A stretch of 36,879 nucleotides of DNA from Octopus bimaculoides (GCF_001194135.2 NC_068985.1:45799300-45836178), one strand, 5' to 3'; positions 22,761 to 36,416 are shown, counted from the stretch's first letter. The notes: a model not told the origin generated them from the letters alone. Program-made: numbers and translations.

Positions 22761-23442
22761 GACAGTTCAACCAACACACCAACTCAACCACTGTCGCTCT
22801 GTTAGCGACCGGCTCAAACTCTTTTAAGAAGAACCTAAATCAAACTCAAAGAAAAATGATACATGTATACATGCATTCATACATACGTACATTCAGATAT
22901 GAGCTGCTAAACAACAACATAGCAGCAATGCTAAATACATCGACCAAAAACTCTAAATTAAAGGTGCAGACATCTTGGGGATGAACTCCTCAACAGGTAC
23001 TCTTATGATACTCCAGAATGATTGGTCTAGCGTACTTCAATTAGGACAGAGAAGAGAAACCCTCTGCATATCACATATCGAATGTTCTGTTTTTGATACC
23101 TAGAAGCAGCGGGTAGCGAGAAAATACGTAATGCTCCAGAAGGTAGCTGCAAAATGCCTAATGAATAAAAGTAACAGTACGGAAGTCAGATGTAGACACT
23201 CAAAATTTCATTACTTTCAACTACTAAAAGGAATTATTATATACCAATCTATCTTTTGTTGATGAATGTTATGTTTGAAGTCATTTACTATTGAGACATG
23301 TCAAGTTTATTGAGGCGACGTAACATGCAAAAAATACCAAGTTTATTTGTTGGTAAATATTTAACACCATTACTGCAATCACCATAACATTCTATTTCGG
23401 GGTTAAAGGGTTAAACTTCCTATAATGTAACCCTAAACATTG

Positions 23443-23674
23443 GTTTCAAATTTTGGCCCAAGGCCAGCAAGTTCGGGGGAAGTCGTAAGTCGATCACATC
23501 GACCCAGTGCTCAACTGGTATTTATTTTATCGACCCCGAAAGGATGAAAGGCAAAGTCAACCTTAGTGGAATTTGAACTCAAGAACGTAAAGACGGACGA
23601 AATGCCGCTAAGTATTTTGTCTGGCATGCTAATGGTTCTACCAGCACACCGCCTTAGTAGTAATAATAATAATG

Positions 23675-23716
<42 letters not shown>

Positions 23717-23930
23717 TTTTCAAATTTTGGCACAAGGCCAGCAAGTTCGGAGGAAAGGGCAAATCAATTACATCGACCTCTGTGCTCAACTGGTACTTAT
23801 TTTATTGACCCCGAAAGGGAAGAAAGATGAAGTCAACTTTGGCGGAATTTGACCTCAGATCGTAAAGACGGACGAAACGCCGCTAAGCATTTTGCCCGGC
23901 GTAGTAACGATTCTGCCAGCTCGCCAAGTT
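23443..23930 (-). mobile_element. SINE A dimer (two tail-3 copies joined by (ATT)n) enclosed by one 18-bp TSD
   Basis: atgtaaccctaaacattg (23425-23442) versus atgtaaccctaaatattg (23931-23948). Confidence 0.85.
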
Positions 23931-24036
23931 ATGTAACCCTAAATATTGATAAAACCTGATTTCTGTGAAAGATATATAATGTGATCGGCACCTGACCAAA
24001 GATGTTATCAAGATGTTACCCTTCAATGTGGTAGGA

Positions 24037-24178
24037 TACAAAGTGGTATCAAAAAGATGTCACTCAGCACACTGCCTCATGAGAGTCACTGCCATCTCTC
24101 ACTTCGCACGCAACCGTGTGCTGGAATCTGTTGGCGCGCTACAGAACTAGACCGGGAACTTTTTGATACCACCTCGTG
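24037..24178. mobile_element. Mariner-type MITE or deletion derivative (~142 bp)
   Basis: gtggtatcaaaaag (24043-24056) versus ctttttgataccac (24159-24172), with TA at the left end. Confidence 0.75.
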
Positions 24179-24429
24179 AAGTGCCAACCACAGGAAAGAA
24201 TTGACAGGTGGATTAATATAGGAAGTATTTGTATTGTTGAAGACAACAAGCCAAATAATATTGGTGGAATATTACCATCAAAATTTCCATCAAATGTTAA
24301 AACTCCAGCATAATTGTTTCAGAAAGTAAGAAATGAGAATCTTGTCCGGATAAAAACTGTAGTTCCGGATAAAAACAGTAGTTTTCTTTATTAGAAGAGT
24401 TCAAATGATTGAAATAGAAAGATAACACA

Positions 24430-24501
24430 TACACAAACATACAAATATGCATACATACACATATGTGTCTGTGTCTGTGTGTGCGTGCGTGCGTGCGTGC
24501 A

Positions 24502-24539
<38 letters not shown>

Positions 24540-24978
24540 TGCATATATATATATGTACATATATATATTTATACATATACATATATATATACACAAATAC
24601 ATGCATACACACATGCGTTCTCTGCGTACACTACGTACATTTATACATGCATGCATACCTATATATGTACACATACGTATACACACAAGCAAACAAACAA
24701 GCACACACATACATGCACGCTCACATACACTTAGGCATATATACATACATACATACATACAAACATGCATACAAATATGCATACAAGCATATATACATAC
24801 ATAAGTGCATGAATACATTCATACACACAAACGTAAGTACATACATGTATACAAACACAAGTACATGCATATATACATGCGTACGTACATACATACATAC
24901 ATACATACATACATACATGCATACATACATACATACATACATACATACATACATACATAAGCTTGTACGTACACAGCT
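24430..24978. repeat. Compound (TA)n/(CA)n/(TACA)n low-complexity tract
   Basis: Direct inspection. Similar tracts lie at 25640-25980, 26270-26600, 28060-28860, 29030-29320 and 29540-30292. Confidence 0.95.
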
Positions 24979-25645
24979 ANNNNNNNNNNNNNNNNNNNNN
25001 NNNNNNNNNNNNNNNNNNNNNNNNNNNNNNNNNNNNNNNNNNNNNNNNNNNNNNNNNNNNNNNNNNNNNNNNNNNNNNNNNNNNNNNNNNNNNNNNNNNN
25101 NNNNNNNNNNNNNNNNNNNNNNNNNNNNNNNNNNNNNNNNNNNNNNNNNNNNNNNNNNNNNNNNNNNNNNNNNNNNNNNNNNNNNNNNNNNNNNNNNNNN
25201 NNNNNNNNNNNNNNNNNNNNNNNNNNNNNNNNNNNNNNNNNNNNNNNNNNNNNNNNNNNNNNNNNNNNNNNNNNNNNNNNNNNNNNNNNNNNNNNNNNNN
25301 NNNNNNNNNNNNNNNNNNNNNNNNNNNNNNNNNNNNNNNNNNNNNNNNNNNNNNNNNNNNNNNNNNNNNNNNNNNNNNNNNNNNNNNNNNNNNNNNNNNN
25401 NNNNNNNNNNNNNNNNNNNNNNNNNNNNNNNNNNNNNNNNNNNNNNNNNNNNNNNNNNNNNNNNNNNNNNNNNNNNNNNNNNNNNNNNNNNNNNNNNNNN
25501 NNNNNNNNNNTGGGGGTGGGGGGTTGTTGCTTTTTGTTTTGTTTTTATTTTATTTTATTTTATGTTAAGATGTTTTTCTTCTTTGGTTCTTCCTGTCAGC
25601 GCGACTTTGCCCACACTTCCGCTATACATTTCTGTACAAACACAT

Positions 25646-25685
<40 letters not shown>

Positions 25686-25754
25686 CCGCACATATGTACA
25701 TACAAATGTATAGACAGATATATAGATAGACAGATAGATAGATAGGTAGATAGG

Positions 25755-25808
<54 letters not shown>

Positions 25809-26327
25809 TACATACAATACGCATACATAGATACGAACACTTACATATACGGACATAAATACATTTATGCATACATAGCTACATAGATACATATATACAT
25901 GCGTGCTTACGTACATACATATGTATGTATGTGTGCATGTAATATATACGTGGATACGAACGCATACACATACACAAATGCGTATAAAGCCAACATACTT
26001 AGAGAAACACGTTATATATAAATATAGTGCAAAAGAAAGAGTACATCTTAGATAGGCAATAGGAGAGACAGACAGACAGACAGTTTGAAAGTGAAAGAAG
26101 GAAGTTTAGACATGCTAAAACAAGCCGTATCATCAATACTGCCCCAATAATTATGCAGGTTCAAATAACACACCAGGATGCTAACCTACATTCGATAAGA
26201 TTTTTATATTTTGTTGGTCTTTTTTTTTATTCTATACATTTGTCCTGAGTTTTTTCTTGTCCAACTTAGAAAGTAATATATGTGTGTGTGTGTGTGTGTG
26301 AGTGTGTGTGTGTATACATGTATATAT

Positions 26328-26403
<76 letters not shown>

Positions 26404-26484
26404 ATATATGTGTGTGTGTATATTTTTGTATAGAGAGAGAGAAAGCGAGAGAGACTCACACACACACACACACATATATAAGTG

Positions 26485-26535
<51 letters not shown>

Positions 26536-26545
26536 NNNNNNNNNN

Positions 26546-26594
<49 letters not shown>

Positions 26595-26743
26595 AGAGAG
26601 TCTCTGTGTGTGTAGTTGTATATTATTAACACTGTCACGTCACCAAGAATTGTGATTTTTGGGGGGTTTGTTTGTTTGTTTTTCCCTCATGGCATATTTC
26701 TATCAATAACGACGTCTTGTGAGGTCCCTACAAGAACAGCAGC

Positions 26744-26774
<31 letters not shown>

Positions 26775-28394
26775 CTTCTGTTTGTTTATTTTTGTGTTTT
26801 TTATCCATTTCTTCCAGTTTTCAGCTCGTTTTCATTTCCTTTTGTTTTGTTGATTGCTAACTTTTTTTTTACGTCATGTCCCAAAATGATGACGTCATTA
26901 CAAACATTTCTGAATCCCACACACGCACACGCTGTCGTAGAAAGTGCATACTAACACATACATAACTACCAACATCAACCCCTCACACTCATACATACAT
27001 ACATACACACACACATACATACATACATACATACATACATACATACATACATACATACATGCACGCACACAAACACACATACATATTTATTCGAACACTG
27101 ACCCTTTAAAATACAAATCCTTCGTTTTAATGGTTGGAATGCTTTTGATCATAGTTCTGTTCAAAAAGTACTGACTCGGGGCTAAATAATTATAGTATTA
27201 GCCAAATTTCCTTCACAAAGCTTGGGTTTACTCAAGGTTATAAACTAATCACTGGTCATTTAGCCAGTCTGTATGCACACATACGCGCGCGCTCACATTC
27301 ACATCTACTGAGATGGAAGAAGAAAAGTGAGGAAAATTTTGACTTTGAATAAGTTAGGATATCCAGGAAGTTTGCAATGGTTGTCTATTTTACCAGTCAC
27401 GGTGTACATTTCAAAAAATTTTAGCAGATGCTTGTTAAGCAGTTGGCATTTAATGAAGAGTTCTGATCTTATACTTAGATAATTCAAGAAATTGTGTATG
27501 TAGCGGCAGACGCAAAACCACTAAGCATTTCGCCCGTTGTGCTAATGATTCTGACATTTACTGAAGTAATACTCAGAACATAGCGCAAAATTAAAATAGA
27601 AACATCATGTACTGGCCACAAACGAAAGTATATAACAGAATAGTTATACATTTGATTGTGAGAGTTGAAATTCCATCACTAATATCTATACTAATCGCAT
27701 TGACTATATCTTTAGTAAAGCATAAAAACAAATAACGTAGTCCTTTCTTTCCCAACACGAGACTATAAAGCCCTAAGAACGTTGATAAGTGATTTAGAAA
27801 CATTAATGTTTCATCAGCTCTCTACAGCAGCTCTCCAAAAGGCATTTGTTATTGAGAAGACAGGCGACATTCGTATGGATGCTGATATAAAGTGTGTCAA
27901 ACTGTTTTCTTATGGTTTACAATCTAAGCTATATGCTAACTCAAATGTAACTAACTTTAACAGTATTCTTATAAAAAAAAATGTATTCTTATTAAAAAAT
28001 TTACATGAACCAAAATGAATTATTATATTCAACAATAGTATTAACTTTGTTTTGCACTGCTTCTTAAAATATGTGTGCGTGTGTATTCTATATGTGTGTG
28101 TGTGTGTGCGTGTGTGTGCGTGTGTGTGTGTGTGTGCGTATGTGCATGTATGCATAGATATATTTATATATATGTATATGTATGTACATACATATACATG
28201 TATACGTATATATATGTATATATATATATGTGTGTGTGTGTATGTATGTATGTATGAATGTATGTATATGCATATATACGTATATATATGTATATATACA
28301 TATATATATGAATATATATATATGTATATATGTGTGTGTATGTATTTATGCAAATATATACATATTTATGAATATGTATAAATATATATATATA

Positions 28395-28460
<66 letters not shown>

Positions 28461-29164
28461 CATATATATATACATATATATATTCGTACACAGATGTATA
28501 TATTTACGTGTTTATAAGAAAACATACATTACATAATATGCATAAAGACAGACAGACAGATAGATAGATAAATACATACATATATACATGCATACATAAA
28601 GAGACAGATAAAGTGAATGCATCTACATAAGGTATTTTTACTTGTGTATCAATATGAATATATATCAATATATATAAATACACACACACACACATACACG
28701 TATACAGGCAGACACACACATACATACATGTACGTATTCACAGATATATGTCTGTCTTTCAAAATATATATGAGCATTTGTGCGTATATGCGTGTATACG
28801 CATATTGCTTGAAGTACATATGCGTTTATGCAAACGCGCACAAACAAGCATGCGCATACTCACAAGGGAGGGAGGGAGGGAGGGAGGGAGGGAGATGGAA
28901 ATCCAGAAATATCCAGTTTTATGTCACGGCAAACACCTCCGGCTACCCTATCTACGATTGTGTACATATACTTGGATAATTTTTTTACTCATTATACGTA
29001 TATAGACTTTTCTACGCACATACACACATAAACCCATGCATACATACACGCGCATACTATATATGCATGCATACATGCCTATTTACACACACATACACAT
29101 ATGCACATATATATATACAAGTAGATATATACGTGCATATATACACACACATGTTTACATACAC

Positions 29165-29206
<42 letters not shown>

Positions 29207-29228
29207 TACGTATGTATGNNNNNNNNNN

Positions 29229-29272
<44 letters not shown>

Positions 29273-29343
29273 TGCACTTTATATATGTATAACCATTCAT
29301 ATATATATATTATATATATATATGAAAAAATCATCACCAACAG

Positions 29344-29401
29344 CCAAATTGGCAACGGCTGGCATTGGCATTGAGCGAAGAAAGAAAATCCGCTAAGAAC
29401 G
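29344..29401 (+). CDS. Candidate 58-bp exon (PNWQRLALALSEERKSAKN), product unknown
   Basis: caccaacag| acceptor with a weak pyrimidine tract; AACG|gtaaga donor; protein-like open frame. Confidence 0.2.
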
Positions 29402-30185
29402 GTAAGAGGAATTAATCAGTGTGTCTATAGCTGAGGGCGAAATTCTTGGATTTACAAATGTCTGATATAAATGGTGAAGAATAATAAGTAAATAAAAGAA
29501 ATGAATAAATAACTCAAACAAAAAAATCAGAACGATGGAGCGTGATAGATGGATAGGTTGATGGTTTGGATGGATGGATGGATGGATGGATGGATGGATG
29601 GATAGATAGATAGATAGATAAACAGAGAGAGTAAGAGAGAGAGATAGACAGACAAATAGAGAGATAAGCAGACAGATACATACATGCATACATACATACA
29701 TACATACGTAGAGAAACATTCTGATTGTTATATATATGTATATATATATATATATAAGCATAGAGAGACACTTGAGCAGACAGACAGACCGGCATGCAGG
29801 CAGACACATAGAGACAGAGATGTCGGTAGGTGGGGATGTAAGTAGGTAGGTAGGTAGGTAGGTAGGTACAAAGTTTGCCTCTCTGCCTTACAAGCATAGG
29901 TATGTAACTTGATAGATAACCAAATGCACACGGATACACTCACGGACGCACAAACAGATAGCTAGTTACACAGACAGACAGACAGACAGTAAGGAAGAGG
30001 GAAATGGTTAGGTAGATGTTCATTTGTCCAGAATCAAAATAAAAGTGTTATAAAGTATTACAGGTGGCGCCCGCAGCAAAATAATGCGTGTATAAGTGTG
30101 CCCATGTGCGTATGAATTATGCGTATATGTTTGCGCATGTGTTACCTCTGCTTGTCTGTATGTACTCTTTAATACGTCTATATGA

Positions 30186-30628
<443 letters not shown>

Positions 30629-30646
30629 ATAGATATATATATATAG

Positions 30647-30716
<70 letters not shown>

Positions 30717-30722
30717 TAGTAA

Positions 30723-31110
30723 CTCTCTTTACTTGTTTCAGTCATTTGACTGCGGTCATGCTGGAGCACCGCATTTAATCGAGCAAATCGACCCCAGGAC
30801 TTATTCTTTGTAAGCCTAGTACTTATTCTATCGGTCTCGTTTGCCGAACCGCTAAGTTACGGGGACGTAAACACACCAACATCGGTTGTCAAGCGATGTT
30901 GGGGGGACAAACACACATATATATATATATACATATACATATATACGACGGGCTTCTTTCAGTTTCTGTCTACCAAATCCACTCACAATGCTTTGGTCGG
31001 CCGGAGGCTATAGTAGAAGACACTTGTCCAAGGTGCTACGCAGTGAGACTGAACCTGGAACCATGTGGTTTGTAAGCAAGCTACTTACCACACATCCACT
31101 CCTTCGCCTA
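30723..31110 (-). mobile_element. Full-length SINE family C with 6-bp TSD
   Basis: TAGTAA at 30717-30722 and 31111-31116. Confidence 0.92.
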
Positions 31111-31551
31111 TAGTAAGTGGACAAACGAAAGAGAAGTTAGTTGGAGCTATATGTATTATCATTTAAAACAGTTTGATTCGGCCCCATGCAGATTAAAGTT
31201 TATCAGACTCATTAGAGGAACCTACCTCGTCGAGCGCTGGCGGCCGAATGGAGAGCAGTTGCAAGTCAAAGACCGTATACAAAGACACATGCATACGAAG
31301 GGTTACATATATGCATATGCACTGTTAGTTATATAAATAGCTGGATACTCTAATGACGGCTCAATACCCAGAAACTCGGGTCCGTGTGTATTACGTCAGG
31401 CTGGATATGGGAACGATGACTTCCCTTTCCAAATACTGATAGGGCACAGATAGCGTGACAATAGCCAGCTGGAGGAGATGTCTTCCTGGGGCTACAAGCT
31501 ACAGTAGCATCAACCCTTAAGGGTTAGCCACATTTAGGTGGCAATATACTT

Positions 31552-32168
31552 CACGGTCACAAAAGAACAGCTCCCAAAATTACTGCAGAGCTTAATGACC
31601 ACCTCGAGAACCCAGTTTCCACAAAAACTTCACAAAGTCGGATTTCACGGGGNNNNNNNNNNNNNNNNNNNNNNNNNNNNNNNNNNNNNNNNNNNNNNNN
31701 NNNNNNNNNNNNNNNNNNNNNNNNNNNNNNNNNNNNNNNNNNNNNNNNNNNNNNNNNNNNNNNNNNNNNNNNNNNNNNNNNNNNNNNNNNNNNNNNNNNN
31801 NNNNNNNNNNNNNNNNNNNNNNNNNNNNNNNNNNNNNNNNNNNNNNNNNNNNNNNNNNNNNNNNNNNNNNNNNNNNNNNNNNNNNNNNNNNNNNNNNNNN
31901 NNNNNNNNNNNNNNNNNNNNNNNNNNNNNNNNNNNNNNNNNNNNNNNNNNNNNNNNNNNNNNNNNNNNNNNNNNGAGGAGGATCTGTGATGATCTGGTGG
32001 GGGGGGGGGGCTATATCTTGGAAATTCGCCGGCCCAATGTTTTCCCTTCATGGCAGAATTAATAGTAAAGACTTTTTAAGCATTTTATATTATAAAGTTC
32101 ATCCTATGGTTGCGGAACTGTTTCCGGAGGGAAACGAAATCTTTCAGGGTGATAATGCACCAATTCAC
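31552..32168 (+). pseudogene. Tc1-family transposase remnant, gapped
   Basis: HKRTAPKITAELNDHLENPVSTKT / LHKVGFHG, then the gap, then GGSVMIW..GAISWKFAGPMFSLHGRINSKDFLSILYYKVHPMVAELFPEGNEIFQGDNAPIH. The DNAPIH motif carries the second catalytic Asp; the third residue is lost. Confidence 0.88.
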
Positions 32169-32173
32169 CAATT

Positions 32174-32437
32174 CACCAGTGACGTTGCAACTAATTTCTA
32201 CGGATGAGTGAACTGGAGCAACGTGAAACAAAATGTCATGCTCAAGAATACCCCACACAGCGCGGTACGGGAATCGAACTAAATACCTCATGATTGTGAG
32301 CCCGACACGCTAACCACTGAGCCATGAAATAAAATGCCTTATTGAAAGATGCAATGCTTAACGCTATCAAGGAATCGAACCCACGATCTTTTGAGATCGT
32401 GAGCCCAAAACGTTAACCACTAGGCCACACGTCCTTC
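32174..32437 (-). mobile_element. 3'-truncated family D SINE (32174-32326) plus an isolated SINE head (32359-32437)
   Basis: Aligns to 30295-30450. The head gaaggacgtgtggcctagtggtt resembles 33190. Confidence 0.8.
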
Positions 32438-32614
32438 TCAGCTAAAATCTCCTTTAACTTCTCCTGGCTCTTCACCGAAGAGGCTTAAATACACTGATAA
32501 GAAAGCAACTTCATGTCTGTTCAAATCAACAGAGCCACCAGTATTGATAATGTTCTTTCCAGTATTTTTAAACAACCGTCGCCAGTGTTAGCCCCAACTC
32601 TTATCTTTTGCTTT

Positions 32615-32819
32615 CTCCTTGTTTCACTCATTAGAGTGCGACCATACTGGGGTACCACCTTGAAGAATTTTAGTCGAGTGAATCGACTACAGTACTTTTT
32701 TTTTCTCTTATGCCTAGCATTTATTCTGTTGGTCTCTTTTGCCGAACTGCTAAGTTACGGAGACGTAAACACACCTACACCGTTGGTTGTCAAGTGGCGT
32801 CAAACACACAAGTGATTGT

Positions 32820-32862
<43 letters not shown>

Positions 32863-33006
32863 CGGACTTCTTTCAGTTTCCGTCTACAAAATCCACTGAC
32901 AAAGTTGCTTTGGTCGATCCTAGGTTAATGCAGAAGACACATGCCTAAGGTACCTCTCTGTGGGGTTGAACCCGGAACTATGTGTTTGGGGAGCAAATTC
33001 CTTACC
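32615..33006 (-). mobile_element. Degenerate SINE family C
   Basis: Same modules as 30723-31110, with an internal (CA)n. Confidence 0.85.
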
Positions 33007-33189
33007 AATCTCTCTCTCTCCTTTCATTCCCTCTTTCTCTATATATCTCTCTAAAGAATATGTATACTCTTCTTTGTAAAAAATGGTACTGTGTTCCATT
33101 CCCAAGTCGAGCAAACCCTCTCATACTCCCAATTACGGTTCCAAAGCTGACAGAAACAGCTGTTGGCGATTGCTTATCCCGACATCTAT

Positions 33190-33510
33190 GAAGGCGCGTG
33201 GCTTAGTGGTTAGGGCATTCGGCTCACGATCGTGAGGTCATGAGTTCAAGTCCCAGCGACGCGTTGTGTCCTTGAGCAAGTTACTTTATTTCACGTTCCT
33301 CCTGTCCACTCAGCTGGCAAAAATGAGTAGTACCTGTATTTCAAAGGGCCAGCCTTCTCACACTCTGTGTTTCGCTGAATCTCCCTGAGAACTACGTTAA
33401 GGGTACACGTGTCTGTGGAGTGCTGAACCACTTGCACATTAATTTCACGAGCAGACTGTTCTGTTGATCGGATCAATTGGAACCCTCATCGACGTAACCC
33501 ACGGAGTATC
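33190..33510 (+). mobile_element. tRNA-derived SINE with CORE-like body and family-B tail (family E)
   Basis: The body matches about 30365-30420. The tail tcaaagggccagcc...gggtacacgtgtctgtggagtgc...acggagt matches the reverse complement of about 6765-6935. Confidence 0.88.
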
Positions 33511-33854
33511 AGTGGTATTCCAACATTTTATATCTCGCTTTCGAAATTCGCTGGCCTCGTACCTCCTCCATCGGGCACGCCCGAGGCATCCGTCTCTAGC
33601 CCTTGCATCACCTCACAATGTGTCCATCCCATTCCACCCCACCCAAAACCCTACACTAATCACAACACCCAGTCCTTTCTGTGCAGAATGCCGTTCCCCT
33701 GGCATTCTTTTGTTATATGTTTCCCTTGCAAACGCCGACGTCATAATGGTATCTATATCTACACGCAACTACATAGAATTAGCAAAAACATGGTACATGC
33801 TACCATTCTTAGCTCTCCTGCGTGAACTTTCTGTCCGGCAGTCGCCATGATAGA

Positions 33855-34043
33855 TCGCTGACCAAAACATTCAATTTTTTTCTCCGTGTTTTTCTCCTTG
33901 TTTTCTCCGTATTCTTTCTGTAGAAGAGCGTAGCTCGAAACATTAAAGACTTTCTCTATTCCCGAGCGTTAAACTAATACATCCTTTTGTTGTTTACACC
34001 ACCTGTCCTCGTCTGTTGTTGTTGTTTTTTCGTAAATTCTCCC
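33855..34043 (+). mobile_element. Penelope-like element 3' tail
   Basis: Paralog of 5670-5772 and contains the full hammerhead-like motif. Confidence 0.65.
33913..33949 (+). ncRNA. Degenerate minimal type I hammerhead ribozyme motif
   Basis: TCTTT-CTGTAGA-A-GAGC-gta-GCTC-GAAA-C-ATT-AAAGA: 5-bp stem I, 4-bp stem II, and core deviations (A6 to U; ATT where the paralog has GTC). Confidence 0.55.
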
Positions 34044-34929
34044 AGTCTTCCTTCTAGTCGACTATTAACAGTATAAGTTTCACTCTTATCTTAGAGTCCA
34101 GGAAATGCGAAGCACAATCACTTTCGAAAAACCAAATCCAATAAACGGAAAATTAAGATCTGATTTGACAGATAACTAGTTGGTGTATTTATACTGGATG
34201 GAGGAAATTCCATGCTATGCCATCTGGTATGTTATGCAGTTACATAAACTGACAAATATTACTGAATCAAATCTACCCGGATCCCAAATAGCTTCAGTAA
34301 TGGGGTCAGATAAATAAATAAACAAATAAATAAACAAATAAATCTGGGATTCCTAAACTTGTCCTCCAACAATAATAAAATGATAGACATAACCGGCATA
34401 GTAAGAGATCAAATAATTGTTGTACGACGCTATAGTAGTAGTAGTAGTAGTAGTAGTGTTCTTCGTCTTTTTTTTATTTTTCACTGTCGTCCTTATCTTC
34501 TTTTTTACTACTGCTACTACTACTACTACTACTACTACTACTATAGTAACCAGCAAAACATCCATTACACCTTCTACTCCTATCACATCTATTCCCACTA
34601 CTGCTACTACTAATATGATATATGTTATAACTATTAATTGTGCGGTCAGCGTCGTTTGTCAATAGCAATGGGTTGGTATAATGGTTAAATGACAGAGGAA
34701 AAATGCCTTGCGGTATTTGTTCCGACTATTTTACATCCTAAATTCAAATACCACCGAAATCATCCTAGCTTTTCATCCTTCAGAATCGATAAAACAAAGT
34801 ACTTGTCAAGTACTTTGATTTAGACGACTAGCAACCTCCTGCAAAATTTCGAGCTATGTTAGAAGAAATTATTTTTTAACCTTCCTCAAAGTTCAACCCT
34901 TGGCCTCATCGTAGTGAGAAGGTCAAACG

Positions 34930-35260
34930 AGTGTGTGCCAGAGCTAAGCCGTCGGAGACTTCGAGTCCCTGGTACGGCCATCCAAAGTGGACAGGTCTGA
35001 CACCGGCTGTGCTAGGGTCGCAACCTGGCTAACTGGAGGGCAATGATGAATTCCAGGCGGCGTTTGTTTTGAAATCCGATGGCTTCCTGGTGGCGTTGGA
35101 TCGCGTCTGCGGGGCATCCTGCGACGAAAAGGCGTAACACGATGACGACCTGCCACCGGTCGTGTATAGTAGCTTATGAATACAGACGGGAACTGTTTTC
35201 GCGAGCTCTGATCGTCCCTTGAAACTCCAATGAACTCACAACATAGGCTCCGGTTTAACC
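34930..35260. other. GC/CpG-rich structured unique block, possibly a non-LTR retrotransposon 5' UTR
   Basis: Composition differs sharply from the flanks, with several local hairpins and no convincing ORF. Confidence 0.35.
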
Positions 35261-35304
35261 CCTCCCGAGTGAATGTCGTTACAGGACAAGACTAGAATAC
35301 AATT

Positions 35305-36094
35305 ATTAGCACGCCGGGTGAAATGCTTAGCGACATTTCACCCGACGCTACGTTCTGAGTTCAAATTCCGCCGAGGTCGACTTTGCCTTTTATCCTTTCA
35401 GGGTCGATGAATCAAATACCAGTTGAGTACTGGGTCGATGTAATTGACTTAATCCCTCCCCGCAAATTTCAGGCCTTGTGCCCATAATAGAAAGGATTAT
35501 TAAGGTGGGCTGACACATCGTTAGCATGTAAAAATAAAATACGCAAAGACATATCTTCCAGCTTATTAGGATCTGAGTTCGAATCTCTTTCAGTTCAACT
35601 TTGTCTTTCATCCTTTTTAGGTTCGATAAAATAAAGTATTGAGGTCGATGTTATCGGCTGTTAGCAGACCAAGTAAAATGCTTAGGGGCATCTCGTCCGT
35701 CCTTACGTTCTGAGTTCAAATTCCGCCAAGGTCGACTTTGCCTTTCATCCTTTCGGGATTGATAAAATAAGTACCAGTTGAGTACTAGTTGAGCACTGAT
35801 TTCGATGTAATCGACTATCCCCCTCCCTCAAAATTTCAAGCCTTGTGCCTATTGTAGAAAGGGATTATTATTGTTGGCTAAATTGTTAGAACGTTGGGCA
35901 AAATACTTAGCGGGCAGCATTTAGTCTGTCTTCGCGTTCTGAGTTCAATTTGCGACAATGTCGACTTTGATTTGGTCCTCTCAAAGTTGATAATATAAGT
36001 ACCAGTTGAGCACTGGAGTCGATGTAATTGACTAGCCTCCATTCCGCCAAAACTACTGGTCTTGTGCCAAAATTTAGAAACAATTTATTATTAC

Positions 36095-36150
<56 letters not shown>
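35305..36150 (+). mobile_element. Four head-to-tail SINE family A copies ending in (ATT)n
   Basis: Cores gagttc(a/g)aat...gtcga...taccagttgag recur near 35357, 35575, 35712 and 35941. Confidence 0.85.
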
Positions 36151-36152
<2 letters not shown>

Positions 36153-36232
36153 TTCGTCGTTAATTGTGGTGGCGATGTTATTACAAAGCTGGATAGAATA
36201 TATACTTTTTCTCACTTTCTCTCCCTCTCTCC

Positions 36233-36276
<44 letters not shown>

Positions 36277-36416
36277 TATACATACATACATACATACATA
36301 CATACATACATACATACAGATGTGTGTGCGTGCATGCACGTACCACCGCAAACACGCTATCTTAAAGATAACGAATTTTAAATGCATGTATATATATTAC
36401 ACTCTCTCGCTTTCTC

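Noticed and set aside
24345-24383. 19-bp tandem duplication
   Set aside because: An ordinary slippage duplication with no further structure.
27782-28018. 78-aa ORF and nearby splice-like sites
   Set aside because: No recognisable motif, weak donors and an AT-rich end.
29431-29455. ggcgaaattcttggattta resembles a conserved 18S rRNA segment
   Set aside because: The similarity is under 20 bp and does not extend on either side.
34985-35045. Twister ribozyme interpretation (…UAA…GGAGGG)
   Set aside because: The required L4 loop and pseudoknot pairings could not be built.
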